Positions 61,093-64,000 of a stretch of 64,000 nt of DNA are shown here, piece by piece. Both the position numbers and the translations under genes were made by a program. How positions within the stretch are numbered: the stretch's first letter is position 1; each line of letters starts with the position of its first letter. The stretch comes from Hypanus sabinus (taxonomy: Eukaryota), in the NCBI RefSeq assembly GCF_030144855.1, contig NC_082731.1, forward strand, positions 26,040,001 to 26,104,000, read 5' to 3'. The notes under the pieces are model-generated. The model was given only the letters and a program-made list of their open reading frames with translations, made no database searches and was not told the DNA's origin.

Positions 61093-64000
61093 AGCCCCAA
61101 ACTGGTTTGATTAACATGTACTTTCCTACATTAACCAGTGCGACTGATGATTTAGTAAAAGTGGTTTTGAGATAAAGTACTGACTTTTATAAAGCACCTT
61201 TGATGGTGTCCCCGAATTCTCACAGGTAATGAAGTAGTTTCAAAGTGCAGCTCTATTGTGGAGTCGGGAATGTGGAGCCACTCTGAACACAGCTGAATCC
61301 GCAAACTGCAAGGTGTGAACGATCAGACAGTCTGTTCTTCATTTGCAATCTTTTTTATTGAATTAAAACAAATTATATGAATAGATACAAATCAGAAGAG
61401 GATATATCAAATACATAATGCAATAAACGTAGACAAAGAAAAGAATATACACTGTCAAAATCGAACTCTCTCTAAGATTTTAGCCAATAGACTTGAGAAT
61501 ATCTTGCCTACTGTTATCTCAAATGATCAAACTGGATTTATTAAAAATAGGTATTCACTTTTTAATGTTCGAAGATTGCTAAATATTACTTATTCTCCCT
61601 CAGTTAAAGGATCCGAATGCATTGTGTCTCTGGATGCAGAGAATGCTTTTGACAGGGTAAAGTGGCCTTATTTGTTCCAGGTTTTGAATAGGTTTACTTT
61701 TGGTCAGGGAGTTATTTCTTGGATCAAGCTGATTTATCAAGCCTCGAAGACCTGCGGTTGTAACTAATAATCAAAAATCTCCTTATTTCAGATTATATAG
61801 AGGAATAGGTCAGGGTTGTCCTCTCAGTCCTTTTTTATTTAATTTGGCATTAGAATCACTTGCTGTTGCTCTTAGGGATTATAATTCTGTTCAGGGTATT
61901 AAGAGAGGGGGATAAACTACATAAGATTTCATTATATGTAGATGATTTACTAGTTTACATATCAGACCCTAGGAAATCTATTCCCGCTATGCTATCAATA
62001 ATTACCTAATTTGGTATTTTGTCAGGATATAAATTAAATTTTCATAAAAGTGAATTTTTTCCCATTAGTAATTATTCTGATTATTATGATCAAATACCCT
62101 TTAATATTGCTAAAAATTATTTTGCCTATCTTGGTATTAAAATTACTAAAAATTTTAAAGACATGTAAGTTTAATTTCCGTCCCCTAATCGAATATACAC
62201 AACTAACGTTTTCCAAATGGTCGCCTATGGCGATGTCATTATCTGGTCGAATAAATGCTCTAAAAATGGTAGTTCTACCGAAATATTTATATACGTTTCA
62301 GGCGGTTCCATCCTTTGTCCCGAAAACGTTCTTTGACAGAATAGATTCTATGATGTTGTCATACATTTTGAATACTAAAAGTTCTGGAGTGCAAAATGCT
62401 TTACTGCAAAAATTAATCAAAGGGTGGACAGGCGTTAGCAAATTCTAAATTTTATTTTTGGGCAATTAATATTCGTTATATCACTTATTGGATTTACGGT
62501 ATAGGTAATCAGGACTGTCCTTCATGGTTAGAATTGGAGGAGAACTCGGTAAGGGGGTTTCTTTTGTTTCTTTACTGGGAGCTCCTCTTCCTTTTTTGTT
62601 CTCTATGATAGGTAGACATGTTTTAGTCTTATTATTAAACATACATTAAAAATCTGGTTTCAGTTTCGCAGATTTTTTGACTTAAATAACTTTGTTCTCT
62701 CCATTTTAACGTTGTTTTAAAACATCAATTCTGGATAAGGCTTTTTTTAATGGAAAACTAAGCGGATAAAAACTGATTTAGATTTGTTTTTAGAGGATTA
62801 TTTGATGTCCTTTTCGCAGTTAGTGGGTAGGTATGACAGACCTAATGCACATCTATTTAGGTACTTACAAATTAAGAAAGTTTACCTGATTTCTTCCCAA
62901 ATTATCCATTTGTTAATTTATTGAATATGACGGATGCAATTTTTCATAGCATTGATCGAGGCATGCTGGTTCCGCTAGGGCTTGCTCTGCTTATATAAGA
63001 ATGATAAATCCTACCACACTATTTGAAGTAGTCATTAAGCCGTGTTCCCTGTTAAGCAGGAACGGTTGATGCAAAGGGAGACCCTGCCTTAGAAAGGAAA
63101 ATACGATTTTGAGGCAAGACGATGGTGTGGGTAGAGTAGTGGATGCTGTCTACGTGTACATCAATAAAAGCCTGGTGGCAAACTGATCCAAAAGATTAAG
63201 GCACATTGGATCCATAGACACTTGATAGATTGGATGTAAAATTGTCTTGGCTATGCAAGACAGACTGTAGTGATTTAGAAGAAGTCCGGCAGGTGCTGAT
63301 TCGCCAGGAACGGCGCGAAAATCTCAACTGTTTCTGCTATGTATAAGTCTTTAGAGAAACTTGTAAAGTCGCTGATTAGGTTTGCCGACAATGGGCATAA
63401 CAGTGAATAACGCAGAGGTCTGTAAAAGTGACACAGGAAGACATAGAGAAATTCGGTCGAGAATTTCGAGATTAAGGTTTAATCGGCACAAGCGTGAGGC
63501 ATTGCATTTCTGCCGAAAAATGCAAGAGGAAATGTCACGATAAATAGCAGAAACAGAGCCGGCATTGCGGTGCAGTGTGTCTGTTTTTGGCCAACGTCTC
63601 GAATGTGTCCCTGGTGTGGTTCAGGATCCTCATTTCTGCCGATACGGAGCCTCAAAGTTGGAATGATGACACCCTGGCTAGATATAGTTTGTACATTCGG
63701 AAAACCAACTTTGCTCTTGATCACGACGGTGTTCAGGGTTTCATTAATCGCGACTGCAGCGTTCTCTCAGATTTCACTCGTGTCAGTCATGCAATTCCTG
63801 GCTGGAGAATCAGGAATACCGTCGCACACGGGTACTGATTTCTTATTCTTATTTCAAAAAATAAAATTTTTGAACAGTTCGTAACCCTGTACGAACCACC
63901 AGATCCTTGAGTATCAGAGGGATCTGCCCTTTGAGCTCTTGCTCATCGGTCACCTTGCCAAGAAGCAAAGCACATGTTCTGAATCCAGCCAATAGTGATC

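Overview
Vertebrate genomic DNA, almost certainly a cartilaginous fish (probably a ray or skate, inferred from the Ig gene style and the CR1/Rex1/Penelope repeat set). The window is a head-to-tail tandem array, all on +, of immunoglobulin heavy-chain V-(D)-(D)-J mini-clusters of IgW-like type, spaced about 6-16 kb apart. Six V genes are present. Four (V1 6269, V2 22568, V3 36247, V5 49372) have open leader and V exons and canonical 23-bp-spacer RSS. Two (42460, 55897) are pseudogenes with the same lesions. Three J segments with 23-RSS are recognisable, and all are dead through the same Trp->TAG stop, 4-nt deletion and retroelement tail replacing the splice donor. D segments are degenerate beside the intact Vs, but are well-formed 12/12-RSS D segments beside the dead Vs. 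I found no constant-region exon in about 58 kb. The picture is an array of C-less Ig clusters that may serve as a pool of V (and D) donors for a D/J/C outside the window (IgW or TCR-delta). The rest is retroelement debris (Hero, L1, CR1, Rex1/Babar, Penelope, a collapsed LTR element with a tRNA-Pro PBS), two copies of an intronless DNAJC7 fragment, and a 283-bp N gap. All coordinates were counted by hand. Repeat boundaries are approximate unless a TSD is given.
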